Below are positions 38,064 through 47,565 of a DNA stretch of 64,000 nucleotides, piece by piece; within the stretch, counting starts at the first letter, position 1, and each line of letters opens with the position of its first letter. The translations under genes were made by a program, and so were the position numbers. Location of the stretch: positions 8,812 through 72,811 of the forward strand of contig CAYZQE010000001.1 in the NCBI GenBank assembly GCA_964480635.1, read 5' to 3'. The notes beneath the pieces are model-generated. The model was not told where the DNA came from. It did no database searches and saw only the letters and a program-made list of their open reading frames with translations. This DNA comes from an uncultured Gammaproteobacteria bacterium. GTDB taxonomy: Bacteria > Pseudomonadota > Gammaproteobacteria > GCA-001735895.

Positions 38064-38540
38064 TTAAAACCCTGACATATCGCCCCATTCGGATTCAGAT
38101 AGTAGTTTATTTAAATCAACCAAAATTAATAATTGCTCTCCTCTGCTAACAACACCATCAATATACTTAGAGGTGTCATCATTACCAACATTAGGAGCCG
38201 TTTCAATTTCTGAGCGTTTAATATCGACAACTTCAGCAACGCTGTCTACCAATATGCCTATCGTATGTGTACTAGCCTCTATAACGATGATACGTGAAAG
38301 ATCATCATCCTCTTTAGACATTAAACCAAAACGAGTACGTGCATCGATAACACTGACCACATTACCACGTAAATTAATAATGCCAATCACATAATGTGGT
38401 GCACCAGGAACTGGTGCTACTTCTGTTTCTCGCAGTACTTCTTGCACTTGCATAACATTAATGCCGTAAATCTCACCTTCTAAGGTAAAAGTCACACATT
38501 GAAAATCGTCTTTTGTATCATCGTTGTCTTGTTGAGCCAT
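38064..38540 (-). CDS. cheW: chemotaxis coupling protein CheW (flagellar cluster)
   Basis: It is 158 aa with a CheW-like domain. Confidence 0.9.
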   Translation of the reverse strand: MAQQDNDDTKDDFQCVTFTLEGEIYGINVMQVQEVLRETEVAPVPGAPHYVIGIINLRGNVVSVIDARTRFGLMSKEDDDLSRIIVIEASTHTIGILVDSVAEVVDIKRSEIETAPNVGNDDTSKYIDGVVSRGEQLLILVDLNKLLSESEWGDMSGF

Positions 38541-38574
38541 TTAATGCCTCCAAAGTTTATTGTTGTAATTAAAA

Positions 38575-38622
38575 CTCTTTGCGTAAAACTAAATTTCAAG
38601 CGTTTTAGCTTTATGCAAAGAG
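38575..38622. other. hairpin in the parP-cheW intergenic region / cheW 5' leader
   Basis: The arms ctctttgc and gcaaagag flank an approximately 30-nt loop. Confidence 0.4.
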
Positions 38623-38646
38623 TTCATCTAATAAGCGATATTTAAT

Positions 38647-38673
38647 ATATCGGCAAAACTACCTATAAATTAA
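38647..38673 (-). promoter_or_regulatory. candidate sigma-28 (FliA) promoter upstream of cheW
   Basis: The minus strand reads ttaattta-N11-gccgatat, compared with the TAAAGTTT-N11-GCCGATAA consensus. The -10 matches 7 of 8 positions and the -35 is weak. Confidence 0.25.
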
Positions 38674-38729
38674 GCACATTTTAAAAAAAATGCTTAATTA
38701 TTTTCTATTTCTTTTAAAAATCATAACTA

Positions 38730-39482
38730 TTAGTCAGTCATTCTTTCAATATCATCTGTTTTTATAAGTTTTTTTCGAATGGCTTCGGGGTTTAATACCA
38801 GTGCTAACGTTTTTTTTATCGTCCCTAAAGACAAGCGATCCTTCTCTCCTGTATGCCATTTAATATCATCTTCATTTAACGTCACTACGTCCAATAATTC
38901 ATCACAAGAAATAGCCCAGTCATTATCTTTAAAAACTAATAAATGACTTGGGTTAAAGTCATCATTATCCTTGCCTTGTACTATACCCATTAATAATGCC
39001 GCCGTATCAGCCACGCGCACATTACTATCCCTATGTTTCAATAAGCCTTTAAAATAATTAGGGCTATACGGTAATTGAGTTAAGCGATTGCCAAAAGGCA
39101 CAACGCTACCCATTCGTATTAAGGGAATAGAGAGTAAATGCCCTTTCACTTTAAACATTAGGCACTGAACTGGGAAGTTTAACTCTTCTTTTAGTGTTCG
39201 TTCTTGAGCTTTCTTTTTTTGTAGCTTTATTGATGTCTTTTCTAATTCAGTCTCATTGTCATTAACCGATACTTCTGCCGTAATAACAACATCATCTTTA
39301 GTCAACTGCTTTAACGCCGTTAAAGGCGTCTCTAAAACATGAATATTATGGTTTTCATTATTGGCAACAAATTTAACATTTGGCTCGGCAACCGGTTCTG
39401 TCGCCTCTTGTAATAAATGATCAAGATAGCTTTCTACCGCTGTGTTAGCATCAAGCAATTTGCTGGGTTTTATTTTTTTCAT
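38730..39482 (-). CDS. parP: ParP-like protein (C-terminal CheW-like domain) of the ParC/ParP chemotaxis-array positioning system
   Basis: It is 250 aa with a CheW-like C-terminal region. It lies between the ParA-like parC and cheW, as in Vibrio cluster II. Confidence 0.55.
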   Translation of the reverse strand: MKKIKPSKLLDANTAVESYLDHLLQEATEPVAEPNVKFVANNENHNIHVLETPLTALKQLTKDDVVITAEVSVNDNETELEKTSIKLQKKKAQERTLKEELNFPVQCLMFKVKGHLLSIPLIRMGSVVPFGNRLTQLPYSPNYFKGLLKHRDSNVRVADTAALLMGIVQGKDNDDFNPSHLLVFKDNDWAISCDELLDVVTLNEDDIKWHTGEKDRLSLGTIKKTLALVLNPEAIRKKLIKTDDIERMTD

Positions 39483-40260
39483 CTTCTGTTCGCTGCTGTA
39501 TGCCTAATAAAAAATCAAGCAATTGACGGTACGCAATACTACCTCGCGCTTTAGGGTCATACATAGATAATGGCTTGCCAACCTTGCTTGCGTCTCTAAA
39601 TTTTGTATCTATTGGAATGACAGAACCCCATACATTAAAACGATATAGCTCTTTCATTTGCTTTAATGCATCAATAGATGCTCTGGTTCTTTTATCGTAC
39701 ATGGTTGGGATAATCATATAAGGCGTTTTAGTATGCAATGATTTTTCAACCATCTCTAAAGTATGAGTCATACGCTCTAAACCTTTTAACGATAAGAAGT
39801 CTGTTTGCGCTGGAATTAATAACTGATCGCAAGCAGCTAAGGCATTAATCATTAAAATACCTAACATAGGCGGGCAATCAATCACACAATAAGCAAAACG
39901 TGATGAGACCGCTTTTATTGCCTTAGCAACAACTAAACCCTTACCCTGCCCTACGCCCATTTGGCGATCTAAGGTCGCTAATGCAGTCGATGCCGCAAAT
40001 AAATAGGTGTTTTTAATATTCGTTGGTAGTAACAATTTTGCGATATCAACTTGGGATTCAGTTGGGTTTGCAAACAGATTATAAATCCCTGTTTCCATAT
40101 CATCTGGATCATATCCTAAATAACTTGTTAACGAGCCATGAGGATCTAAATCAACCAATAAGGTTCGTTCATCGCCTTGGCATAAATGCCCCGCTAATGT
40201 AACAGCAGTCGTTGTTTTACCAACACCACCTTTTTGATTGATAATTGCCCAAGTTTTCAT
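39451..40260 (-). CDS. parC: ParA-family ATPase ParC-like (chemotaxis array positioning)
   Basis: It has a deviant Walker A ([17 protein letters not shown]). It is 269 aa and sits between cheA and parP. Confidence 0.7.
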   Translation of the reverse strand: MKTWAIINQKGGVGKTTTAVTLAGHLCQGDERTLLVDLDPHGSLTSYLGYDPDDMETGIYNLFANPTESQVDIAKLLLPTNIKNTYLFAASTALATLDRQMGVGQGKGLVVAKAIKAVSSRFAYCVIDCPPMLGILMINALAACDQLLIPAQTDFLSLKGLERMTHTLEMVEKSLHTKTPYMIIPTMYDKRTRASIDALKQMKELYRFNVWGSVIPIDTKFRDASKVGKPLSMYDPKARGSIAYRQLLDFLLGIQQRTEDEKNKTQQIA

Positions 40261-40342
40261 AATTTTTAATCAAATAACAAATCATTATTAAGGGAACCTC
40301 TGACTAAGTCCATAATTTTTATCTAAGCCAAATTTTACTCAG

Positions 40343-40498
40343 CTAGGCGTAGCATTGCAACGTCATCTAGATACCGTAAGATGCTAGAACGACGTTGAGT
40401 GAAATTTGGCAACGACCCGAAGGGCGAGTTATCAAGCCACTCTCTCCGTCGTTCCAACTTTCACTAAGGACTCGTCATTAGCTTCAAGTTGCGCCTAG
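40343..40498. other. structured non-coding element (about 155 nt) bounded by inverted repeats ctaggcg / cgcctag with nested internal hairpins; candidate REP/MITE-like element or small RNA
   Basis: The pairs read from the sequence are ctaggcg...gcaac with gttgcgcctag, caacgtc with gacgttg, tctag with ctaga, and gaacgacg with cgtcgttc. No ORF is present. Confidence 0.45.
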
Positions 40499-40550
40499 GA
40501 TAGAATGGCTTGATAGATCGTAAAAGTTTATGGAGTTAATCAGGATCTCC

Positions 40551-42608
40551 TTAAGTGTAAACTTTCAATAAGCCAGGGACATCTAAAATGATAGCAATGT
40601 TACCATCACCTGTAATTGTTGAACCGGCAAGCCCTGGTAATCCATGCAGCATCGCACCTAAAGGTTTGATAACGACTTCTTCTTGACCAATAACTTGATC
40701 TACAACAAACCCGACGGATGAACTCCCCACTTGAACCATAATCACCTGAGGGTCTCCCTCATATTCAAGATGAGTTTCATTCTTCCCTAACAACCATTTT
40801 CTTAAATAGAAAATAGGTGGCGCTTTACCTCGATTAAGCACCACTTCTTTACCATCTATAATACTCGTTTTTTTAGAGCTTAATTCAAAAATTTCATTGA
40901 CGATAGACAAAGGTAATGCAAATTTACGATCCCCTAGCTGAACCATTAATGTAGGTAAAATAGCTAATGTTAATGGGACTTTTATCGTTAAAACAGTGCC
41001 TTTACCAAGAGCAGATTCAATATCAATGGTGCCATTTAATTGAGTAATCTTAGTTTTAACAACATCCATACCCACGCCACGACCAGAGACATCTGATATC
41101 GCTTCTTTTGTGGACAAGCCGGGCAAGAAGATAAGGTCAAAACAGCCTTTATCGTCTAGGCGTGAGGCCGTTTCAGCATCCATTAAACCTTTCTCAATCA
41201 CTTTATTACGCAACACTTCAGGATCCATCCCAGCGCCATCATCGGTGATTGATAAAAGGATATGATCACCTTCTTGTTTAGCCGCTAAAATAACCTTTCC
41301 TTCTTGAGATTTTCCTGCTTTTTCGCGTATCGAAGGAATTTCAACGCCATGGTCAACTGAATTTCTAACTAGATGTACTAATGGATCGGCTAATGCCTCG
41401 ACTAAATTTTTATCTAAATCGGTTTCTTCACCAACCAATTCTAAACTAATTTCTTTTTTTAAGGTTCTTGCCAAGTCACGAACCACTCGAGGAAAACGAC
41501 CAAACACTTTTTTAACGGGTTGCATTCGTGTTTTCATGACCGCCGTTTGTAAATCAGCGGTAACAACATCTAAGTTTGATATTGCTTTATGAACGCGCTC
41601 ATCATCAATCGTTGCTCTTAATGTCGTCAAGCGATTACGTGCCAGCACGAGCTCTCCAACTAAATTCATAATGTCATCAAGCCGAGCAGTATCGACACGA
41701 ACAGTTGTTTCACCTTTTAACGCACCAGAAGGTTCTTTTTTAGCCGGTGCTACTTTAGCTTTAATGGCTGGTTTCTTGATTACTGGATTAGGTTTCTTTT
41801 CAACTGGAGCAGCTTTGGCTGCCTCTTTAGCCTTTAGGGCTGGGCCTTTTCCAGCCCCATGCATATCATCAAGTAAACTTTCAAATTCGTCAGATGACAT
41901 TGCATCACCTGAATTTTCTGGCGGAGGTGTTGCAGTTGGTTTTTTTGCAGTGCTCTCGACCGAAGATTTTGGCGCTGTACCCTTGCCATGAATATCATCT
42001 AATAGTGATTCAAATTCATCATCAGATATATCGTTACCTTGAGCGGGCGCTGGAGTTTCTTTAACTACTGGTGCGCCGGCTGATCCATGCAGAGCATCTA
42101 AAAGCGATTCAAATTCATCATCAGATATATCATCCCCACCACCAACATGTTCGACAACTGGCGGTGCTGTCGCTTCTGACTCTTGCGCAGCAGTAGCGTC
42201 GGGCTCTGCAGGGGCATCACCTGGGGTCTGCATATCAATTAATTCTTGTAATAGCGCAGGGTCGGCTGGCGTAGGGTCTTCACCAGAGCGAATTTCCCCA
42301 AACATTTTAGTCACCTCATCCAAGACGCGTAAAAACGCATCCATTTTTTCGCTGTCTAAAGTAATCTCATTATTACGCAATAAATTGAAAACATCTTCAG
42401 ATTTATGGCATACCTCAACCAAGCTGGTTAAGGCTAAAAAACTGCCACCACCTTTTATTGTATGAAATCCTCTAAAGATCGTATTTAGCAAATCAGCATC
42501 ATCAGGAGATTGCTCTAAATCAACCAATTGCTCATTTAGCTCTTCTAAAATCTCACCTGCTTCAACTAAAAAGTCTTGCAGAATTTCATCTTCTAGATCT
42601 ATTGCCAT
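40551..42608 (-). CDS. cheA: chemotaxis histidine kinase CheA (flagellar cluster); the P2 region is replaced by three repeats of a FliM-N-terminus-like peptide and a KPAA-rich basic linker
   Basis: It has a P1 HPt (FRGFHTIKGGGSF), P3 (VRVDTARLDDIMNLVGELV), P4 and P5. The linker repeats are DISDDEFESLLDALHG, DISDDEFESLLDDIHG and AMSSDEFESLLDDMHG. Confidence 0.9.
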   Translation of the reverse strand: MAIDLEDEILQDFLVEAGEILEELNEQLVDLEQSPDDADLLNTIFRGFHTIKGGGSFLALTSLVEVCHKSEDVFNLLRNNEITLDSEKMDAFLRVLDEVTKMFGEIRSGEDPTPADPALLQELIDMQTPGDAPAEPDATAAQESEATAPPVVEHVGGGDDISDDEFESLLDALHGSAGAPVVKETPAPAQGNDISDDEFESLLDDIHGKGTAPKSSVESTAKKPTATPPPENSGDAMSSDEFESLLDDMHGAGKGPALKAKEAAKAAPVEKKPNPVIKKPAIKAKVAPAKKEPSGALKGETTVRVDTARLDDIMNLVGELVLARNRLTTLRATIDDERVHKAISNLDVVTADLQTAVMKTRMQPVKKVFGRFPRVVRDLARTLKKEISLELVGEETDLDKNLVEALADPLVHLVRNSVDHGVEIPSIREKAGKSQEGKVILAAKQEGDHILLSITDDGAGMDPEVLRNKVIEKGLMDAETASRLDDKGCFDLIFLPGLSTKEAISDVSGRGVGMDVVKTKITQLNGTIDIESALGKGTVLTIKVPLTLAILPTLMVQLGDRKFALPLSIVNEIFELSSKKTSIIDGKEVVLNRGKAPPIFYLRKWLLGKNETHLEYEGDPQVIMVQVGSSSVGFVVDQVIGQEEVVIKPLGAMLHGLPGLAGSTITGDGNIAIILDVPGLLKVYT

Positions 42609-42633
42609 TTTACTAACCTTTTACCCTATTTTT

Positions 42634-43380
42634 TTAAAAACCCAGACTTGCTAATAAATCATCAACATCATCTTGATTTGTTGCTACATCGTCTTTACTC
42701 GCTGATGGTAACTGTGGACCATGCGCCTTAGTACCATCTTTCGGCTGATCTTTAGAATCCTTTAGCTTTGCACCAGAAATAGCGACTAATCTGACTAATT
42801 TTTCTTCGACTTCCTTAACCATGGTAATGACTTGTTTAATCATTTGCCCCGTTAAGTCCTGATAATCTTGAGCCAACATGATTTCAGTCATGGATTGATT
42901 GATTTTTGCAGTCTCATTAGGAATAGAAGTCAAAAATTCATCAATGTCGTCACTTAGAACAACAAACTCTTCTTTTGATAGCTCTCTATTACGAAATTGC
43001 TCCCAACGATTTTTAATCTTACTGGCATGATCAGAAAAATTTCCGACAACGGTCATTGTTTCTTCAGCGCCATTCATTGTTTTGTGGGCGGCTTCGTTGG
43101 TTTTTTCGACAATAAAATTTAATCGCTCTGTCGCATCGGGTATTTCATTTTCGGCTAATTCTGCCACTCGATCATCGTCGCTAAAAGCATTTATCGATTC
43201 GTGTATTTCACGCGTTAATTTTCCTAGTTCTTGAAATAAAGACGACTCTCTTAACGTCGTTAACTCACCGACCAAACGATTGACTTCATCAGTATCTTTT
43301 TTATCAATGGCTTTATTCAAGCCTTGAATACGCTCTAAATAATCATCACTTAAAAAATCATCACTGGATTCCGTATTCAT
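42634..43380 (-). CDS. cheZ: CheY-P phosphatase CheZ
   Basis: It has the active-site region '[16 protein letters not shown]' and the C-terminal CheY-binding tail '...[10 protein letters not shown]'. It is 248 aa. Confidence 0.85.
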   Translation of the reverse strand: MNTESSDDFLSDDYLERIQGLNKAIDKKDTDEVNRLVGELTTLRESSLFQELGKLTREIHESINAFSDDDRVAELAENEIPDATERLNFIVEKTNEAAHKTMNGAEETMTVVGNFSDHASKIKNRWEQFRNRELSKEEFVVLSDDIDEFLTSIPNETAKINQSMTEIMLAQDYQDLTGQMIKQVITMVKEVEEKLVRLVAISGAKLKDSKDQPKDGTKAHGPQLPSASKDDVATNQDDVDDLLASLGF

Positions 43381-43763
43381 CCATCTATCCTCTCAAATAT
43401 TTTTTCTATTTTTTCTTTAAGAGTGATGGCAGTGAACGGCTTCACAACATATCCGTTTACGCCTGCTTGTGCGGCTTCAATAATTTGTTCACGCTTAGCC
43501 TCTGCTGTAACCAACAAAATTGGCATTGTAGAAAGCTTATCGTCAGCCCTTACTTTTTTTAACAACGTCAAGCCATCCATACCAGGCATATTCCAATCAG
43601 TGACTAAAAAATCATAGTTTCCTGATTGTAATAAAGGCCATGCCGTTTGCCCATCATCAGCTTCTGATGTGTTATTGAACCCCAAATCACGTAGAAGATT
43701 CTTTATGATTCGGCGCATTGTCGAAAAATCATCAACAATTAGTATCTTCATATTTTTATTCAT
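43377..43763 (-). CDS. cheY: chemotaxis response regulator CheY (the start is probably the internal Met, [12 protein letters not shown])
   Basis: Its REC domain carries [12 protein letters not shown]...D...[11 protein letters not shown]...K. Its stop overlaps the cheZ start. Confidence 0.9.
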   Translation of the reverse strand: MNKNMKILIVDDFSTMRRIIKNLLRDLGFNNTSEADDGQTAWPLLQSGNYDFLVTDWNMPGMDGLTLLKKVRADDKLSTMPILLVTAEAKREQIIEAAQAGVNGYVVKPFTAITLKEKIEKIFERIDG

Positions 43764-43814
43764 GCAACCTCCATAGCATTGCATTGTGTTTTACAGCAAC
43801 TGCGCTAAATTAAC

Positions 43815-43841
43815 TTAACGGCAGTTTTTGCAAAGAGTTAA
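43815..43841 (-). promoter_or_regulatory. candidate sigma-28 promoter upstream of cheY-cheZ-cheA
   Basis: The minus strand reads ttaactct-N11-gccgttaa. The -10 matches GCCGATAA at 7 of 8 positions. It lies about 50 nt upstream of the cheY start. Confidence 0.25.
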
Positions 43842-44099
43842 ATTATTTTTTTAATAAACCTTTTTTATTAAACCAATTACTTGGTTTTCAACCCTAAGAA
43901 TAGACTATAAATTTTATTTTGCAGAAGGAATCTTGAATCATAGCCATAATTTTTTATGGCGCCAAATAATCAATTACTCAGCATCTTTTATGGCGTTATT
44001 AAGAGAAGGGTAAATACAAAAAAGATATTGAAATCATTCTTAATTAGTTATGACATAGTAAGCTAATAAGCCATTTATTCCGTTATAAAGCGTTATAAA

Positions 44100-44825
44100 T
44101 TATTCTTCACTCCAGTGGCTCATTCTTGATTTTATTCGCAATAAAGCTTGGCCATGAATTTGACAAACTCGAGACTCACTAATATCTAACACGCTTCCAA
44201 TTTCACGTAAATTTAACTCTTCATCATAGTACAATGACATCACCATTTGTTCGCGATCAGGCAAGGCCTTAATGACATCAGCTAATGAGCTTTGAAAGCT
44301 TTGTTTGCTGACAGATTCAAAAGGCGTTGGGCTAGAATCCGTTGCCTTTATAACGGCATGATCGTCGTCATCCATGGTATCAATACTAAATATTTTCGAC
44401 GTCGTTGAATCAACTAATATCTTGTGATACTCACTCAGTTCCATCCCCAAATATTCGGCAACTTCGGCATCTTTTGCATCTTCACCTGATTTATTTTCTA
44501 TCTCTTTGATGGCCAGAGCGACTTCTCTGGACTTTCTATGAACGGAACGTGGCGTCCAATCTAAACGACGTATTTCATCAATCATTGCCCCTCGAATGCG
44601 AATACTGGCGAAGGTTTCAAAGCTAGCACCGTGACCCATTGCATAATTGCTAGAGGCTTCTAATAGGCCTAGCATTCCCGCTTGAATTAAATCATCGATT
44701 TGAATATTAGGAGGGAGTCGATTTATTAGGTGAAATGCGATTCTTTTAACCAAAGCAACATGTTCTGTCACCAGATTGTTGCTAGCAAGCTGTTCCACTT
44801 GTGCATACATCGCATGACCATTCAT
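44100..44825 (-). CDS. fliA: flagellar sigma factor FliA (sigma-28); the start is assigned to the Met whose ATG overlaps the flhG stop by 1 nt
   Basis: Regions 2 and 4 match E. coli FliA (DDLIQAGMLGLLEA...IRGAMIDEIRRLDWTPRSV...LYYDEELNLREIGSVLDISESRVCQIH). Confidence 0.85.
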   Translation of the reverse strand: MNGHAMYAQVEQLASNNLVTEHVALVKRIAFHLINRLPPNIQIDDLIQAGMLGLLEASSNYAMGHGASFETFASIRIRGAMIDEIRRLDWTPRSVHRKSREVALAIKEIENKSGEDAKDAEVAEYLGMELSEYHKILVDSTTSKIFSIDTMDDDDHAVIKATDSSPTPFESVSKQSFQSSLADVIKALPDREQMVMSLYYDEELNLREIGSVLDISESRVCQIHGQALLRIKSRMSHWSEE

Positions 44826-45688
44826 TAGCTCTGCCCTCCGCTCTGGCTGTTGTAATTGATCAGCCTCTCGATAAAAAACTCCAGATGTCCTTCTATCGTT
44901 TTTGGCACCACCCATTTCTGTGCTTTCTTCGCTATCTGGCGAAATGCCATCGATGAGGGACTTCGGGGGTAGATGTCTGTTACACACTTTTGTTTTTGCA
45001 CCGCTTTTTTAAGGTATTCGTCATAAGGTATAGCACCCATATAATCTAATGCAACTTCTAGATATTTATCAGAGACTTTAGCAAGCTTCATATACAGCTC
45101 TCTGCCCTGCTGCATAGTTTGTGCTTGATTGGCTAAAACATGCATACGCTGGATACCAAAGTCTTTGTTCAACACTTTAATCATGGCATAGGCATCAGTA
45201 ATTGAAGCCGGCTCATCGCAGACCACAACTATCACTTCTTTAGCCGCACGAACAAAACTAATAACCGCATCGTTTAAACCCGCCGCTGTATCGACAATTA
45301 AGGTATCAACTGGTCGTGTTAATTCTGAAAACGCTTGAATAATACCCATGTTTTGTGCCGGCGTAAGCTCTGCCATTTTGCGTACGCCTGAAGACGCGGG
45401 GATAATACTGATGCCCGCAGGTCCAGAAAGAATAATATCGTCTAAGCTGCATTCACCGTCTAAAACGTGCAATAAATTTTGTTTGGGTGACAAGCCTAAT
45501 AAAATATCTAAATTAGCAAGTCCCATATCGGCATCCATGACCAACACATTTTCACCCGCTTGAGACAAACTCACTGCTAGGTTTAAACTAACATTGCTTT
45601 TTCCCACCCCACCTTTACCGCTGGTTACCGCAATAACACGAACTGGTTTTGGCTTATTCATACTTCTAATACCTTGAGCCTGATCCAT
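44825..45688 (-). CDS. flhG: flagellar number regulator FlhG (MinD-like ATPase, FleN)
   Basis: It has a deviant Walker A (VTSGKGGVGKSNVS). It is 287 aa and sits between flhF and fliA. Confidence 0.8.
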   Translation of the reverse strand: MDQAQGIRSMNKPKPVRVIAVTSGKGGVGKSNVSLNLAVSLSQAGENVLVMDADMGLANLDILLGLSPKQNLLHVLDGECSLDDIILSGPAGISIIPASSGVRKMAELTPAQNMGIIQAFSELTRPVDTLIVDTAAGLNDAVISFVRAAKEVIVVVCDEPASITDAYAMIKVLNKDFGIQRMHVLANQAQTMQQGRELYMKLAKVSDKYLEVALDYMGAIPYDEYLKKAVQKQKCVTDIYPRSPSSMAFRQIAKKAQKWVVPKTIEGHLEFFIERLINYNSQSGGQS

Positions 45689-45741
45689 AATTTATCTTTT
45701 AGTTTTAGTGACTATCATAATTATTTATTGCTTGTAAATCC

Positions 45742-47391
45742 CTAAGCTCCAAATGAAACAATTTTATTGAATCTCATGGCCATTGTTTCAGCATTCGGTG
45801 TTTCTTTATATTGCTGCATCAGCGCCACAGCTTTACTAATTAAACGATGACTTTTAGCCACTTCTAAGTCTTCTGGTACTTGCTGCCCAAGGCCGCAAAA
45901 ATTAATGGGTAACTGATGCCTTATTGATGTGGTTATTACCCCACCTAAACTTGCTGCCTCATCTAGTTTAGTCACGATTGACCCCGCTAACCGAACTTTT
46001 TCAAAGTTTTTTATGGTTTGATTAAGTGCTGCCAATTGCGTATTCGCCGACAACACTAATAAAGGCTGAATATCAGGCGAACCTTTATGTAAAGTATGAA
46101 ATTGCTCTGACAAACGCATGTCGTTTTGGCTCACGCCCGCTGTATCAATCAGCACGAGTTTTTTATCCGTTAACATCGCTAAACAGTCTGATAGCTCTTC
46201 ACTGCTGTTTGCAGTTAATAAGGGGATTTGCAATAATTTTGCATATTGCTGTAATTGTTCTTGTGCACCAATTCTAAAATTATCTGTCGAAATCAAGGCC
46301 ACTGAACGCTTACCATGCACATGTGCAAAACGCGCTGCTATTTTTGCAATGGTGGTTGTCTTGCCGACACCCGTCGAGCCAACTAAGGCAAATATTCCAC
46401 CTTTATCTAAAAGATCATTATGATTAATGGGTAATAATTTTGCTAATAAACCTATGGCATGACGCCACATTAATTGAGGGTCTTCACTGCTTAAATCCAT
46501 TTGGTTTATCACCCGTTCACAAATATCAGAACCCAGCCCTAATTCAGTTAACAAATTAAGCAACACAGAATGAACGGGGTGACGCTGTTTATACTTATCC
46601 CAATCCAAAGAAGTAAGCTGGCATTGCATCAATTGACGCATGTTTCTCATTTCTTCTTTCATTTCATCAAGTACTGGCTGCATCTGATCTTTAAAATCAC
46701 TTGAATTACCCGATGACTGCTGACTCACTGCTTCATGAGCATTGTTTTTAAGTGATGAGGCTTGATGAACCGCTTCACTTTCCATTTGAGGTTTATGAAA
46801 ACGGCTATCATCTTCCGCTTTAAGCGCGGTTTTGCCGACACTATTAACGCTGCCTTGAGGAGAGTCTGATAAATGTGATTGCAAATCTTTAATTGAATTC
46901 AATAAGCTTTCGGCATGAGCCTTACCATCAAAGGCTAATGTCTCATCTTTTATGACAGGCGTATCAGATTGCCAATCGAATGATGTTTTTACCGAAGATT
47001 TGGATTGATGAAGCGCTTTTTTTGTCGCAGATAAAGCCACTGGTTTACTAACCTTATGCCCCTCAGAAACATTAATCTCACCAAACACAGGTTCTTGCCT
47101 ATCTGATATCTCTGCGTTAGTAATAGAGATGGATGGATTGGTTTTTATGCGGTTTTCAGGCACTAAAGATACGGGCGTATCGTTTTGTAATTTTGTTTGT
47201 TTGCGCTTAATAGCGGCTTGTGCCGCTAATTCTGCATTTATTTGCGCTTGGTCATAATCAATTGCTGAAATAATTTCGACGCCGCCAGGTACTTTATTAT
47301 TCCCTAAAATCACTGCATCATCGCCTTGTTCTAATTTGACGATATTCAGTGCCTCCCGCATAGTGGGCGCAAACGTTCTTTTAATTTTCAT
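45742..47391 (-). CDS. flhF: flagellar biosynthesis GTPase FlhF (SRP-type)
   Basis: It has a C-terminal SRP-GTPase domain (LVGSTGVGKTTTIAKIAA, DTAG). It is 549 aa and follows flhA. Confidence 0.8.
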   Translation of the reverse strand: MKIKRTFAPTMREALNIVKLEQGDDAVILGNNKVPGGVEIISAIDYDQAQINAELAAQAAIKRKQTKLQNDTPVSLVPENRIKTNPSISITNAEISDRQEPVFGEINVSEGHKVSKPVALSATKKALHQSKSSVKTSFDWQSDTPVIKDETLAFDGKAHAESLLNSIKDLQSHLSDSPQGSVNSVGKTALKAEDDSRFHKPQMESEAVHQASSLKNNAHEAVSQQSSGNSSDFKDQMQPVLDEMKEEMRNMRQLMQCQLTSLDWDKYKQRHPVHSVLLNLLTELGLGSDICERVINQMDLSSEDPQLMWRHAIGLLAKLLPINHNDLLDKGGIFALVGSTGVGKTTTIAKIAARFAHVHGKRSVALISTDNFRIGAQEQLQQYAKLLQIPLLTANSSEELSDCLAMLTDKKLVLIDTAGVSQNDMRLSEQFHTLHKGSPDIQPLLVLSANTQLAALNQTIKNFEKVRLAGSIVTKLDEAASLGGVITTSIRHQLPINFCGLGQQVPEDLEVAKSHRLISKAVALMQQYKETPNAETMAMRFNKIVSFGA

Positions 47392-47565
47392 ATCTCATCT
47401 CTTTATTAAGGAGCCTCTGATTAAGTTAATAAAATTTGAGCGCAGAAAAAACTGTCGCTATTTTCGTCGAAATGAGCCGTAATAGTCACTCTATTGCTGC
47501 GATTTTCGGTGAAAATATCGGCAGTTTTAGCAAGTTCAAAATTATTGAGCTTGTTCAGAGACTCC

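Noticed and set aside
41671-41991. A 106-aa plus-strand ORF lies inside cheA.
   Set aside because: It is antisense to the Pro/Ala/Lys-rich CheA linker and is a shadow ORF.
44826-44987. FliA appears to carry a 54-codon N-terminal extension that overlaps flhG.
   Set aside because: The homology to sigma-28 begins at the Met whose ATG overlaps the flhG stop by 1 nt, which is the classic coupling arrangement. The upstream extension is out-of-frame overlap with the flhG coding sequence.
47392-47565. Three overlapping 61-65-aa ORFs lie in the flhA-flhF spacer.
   Set aside because: They overlap each other on both strands in a 174-bp intergenic region that more plausibly holds the flhF promoter. They have no RBS and no family resemblance.
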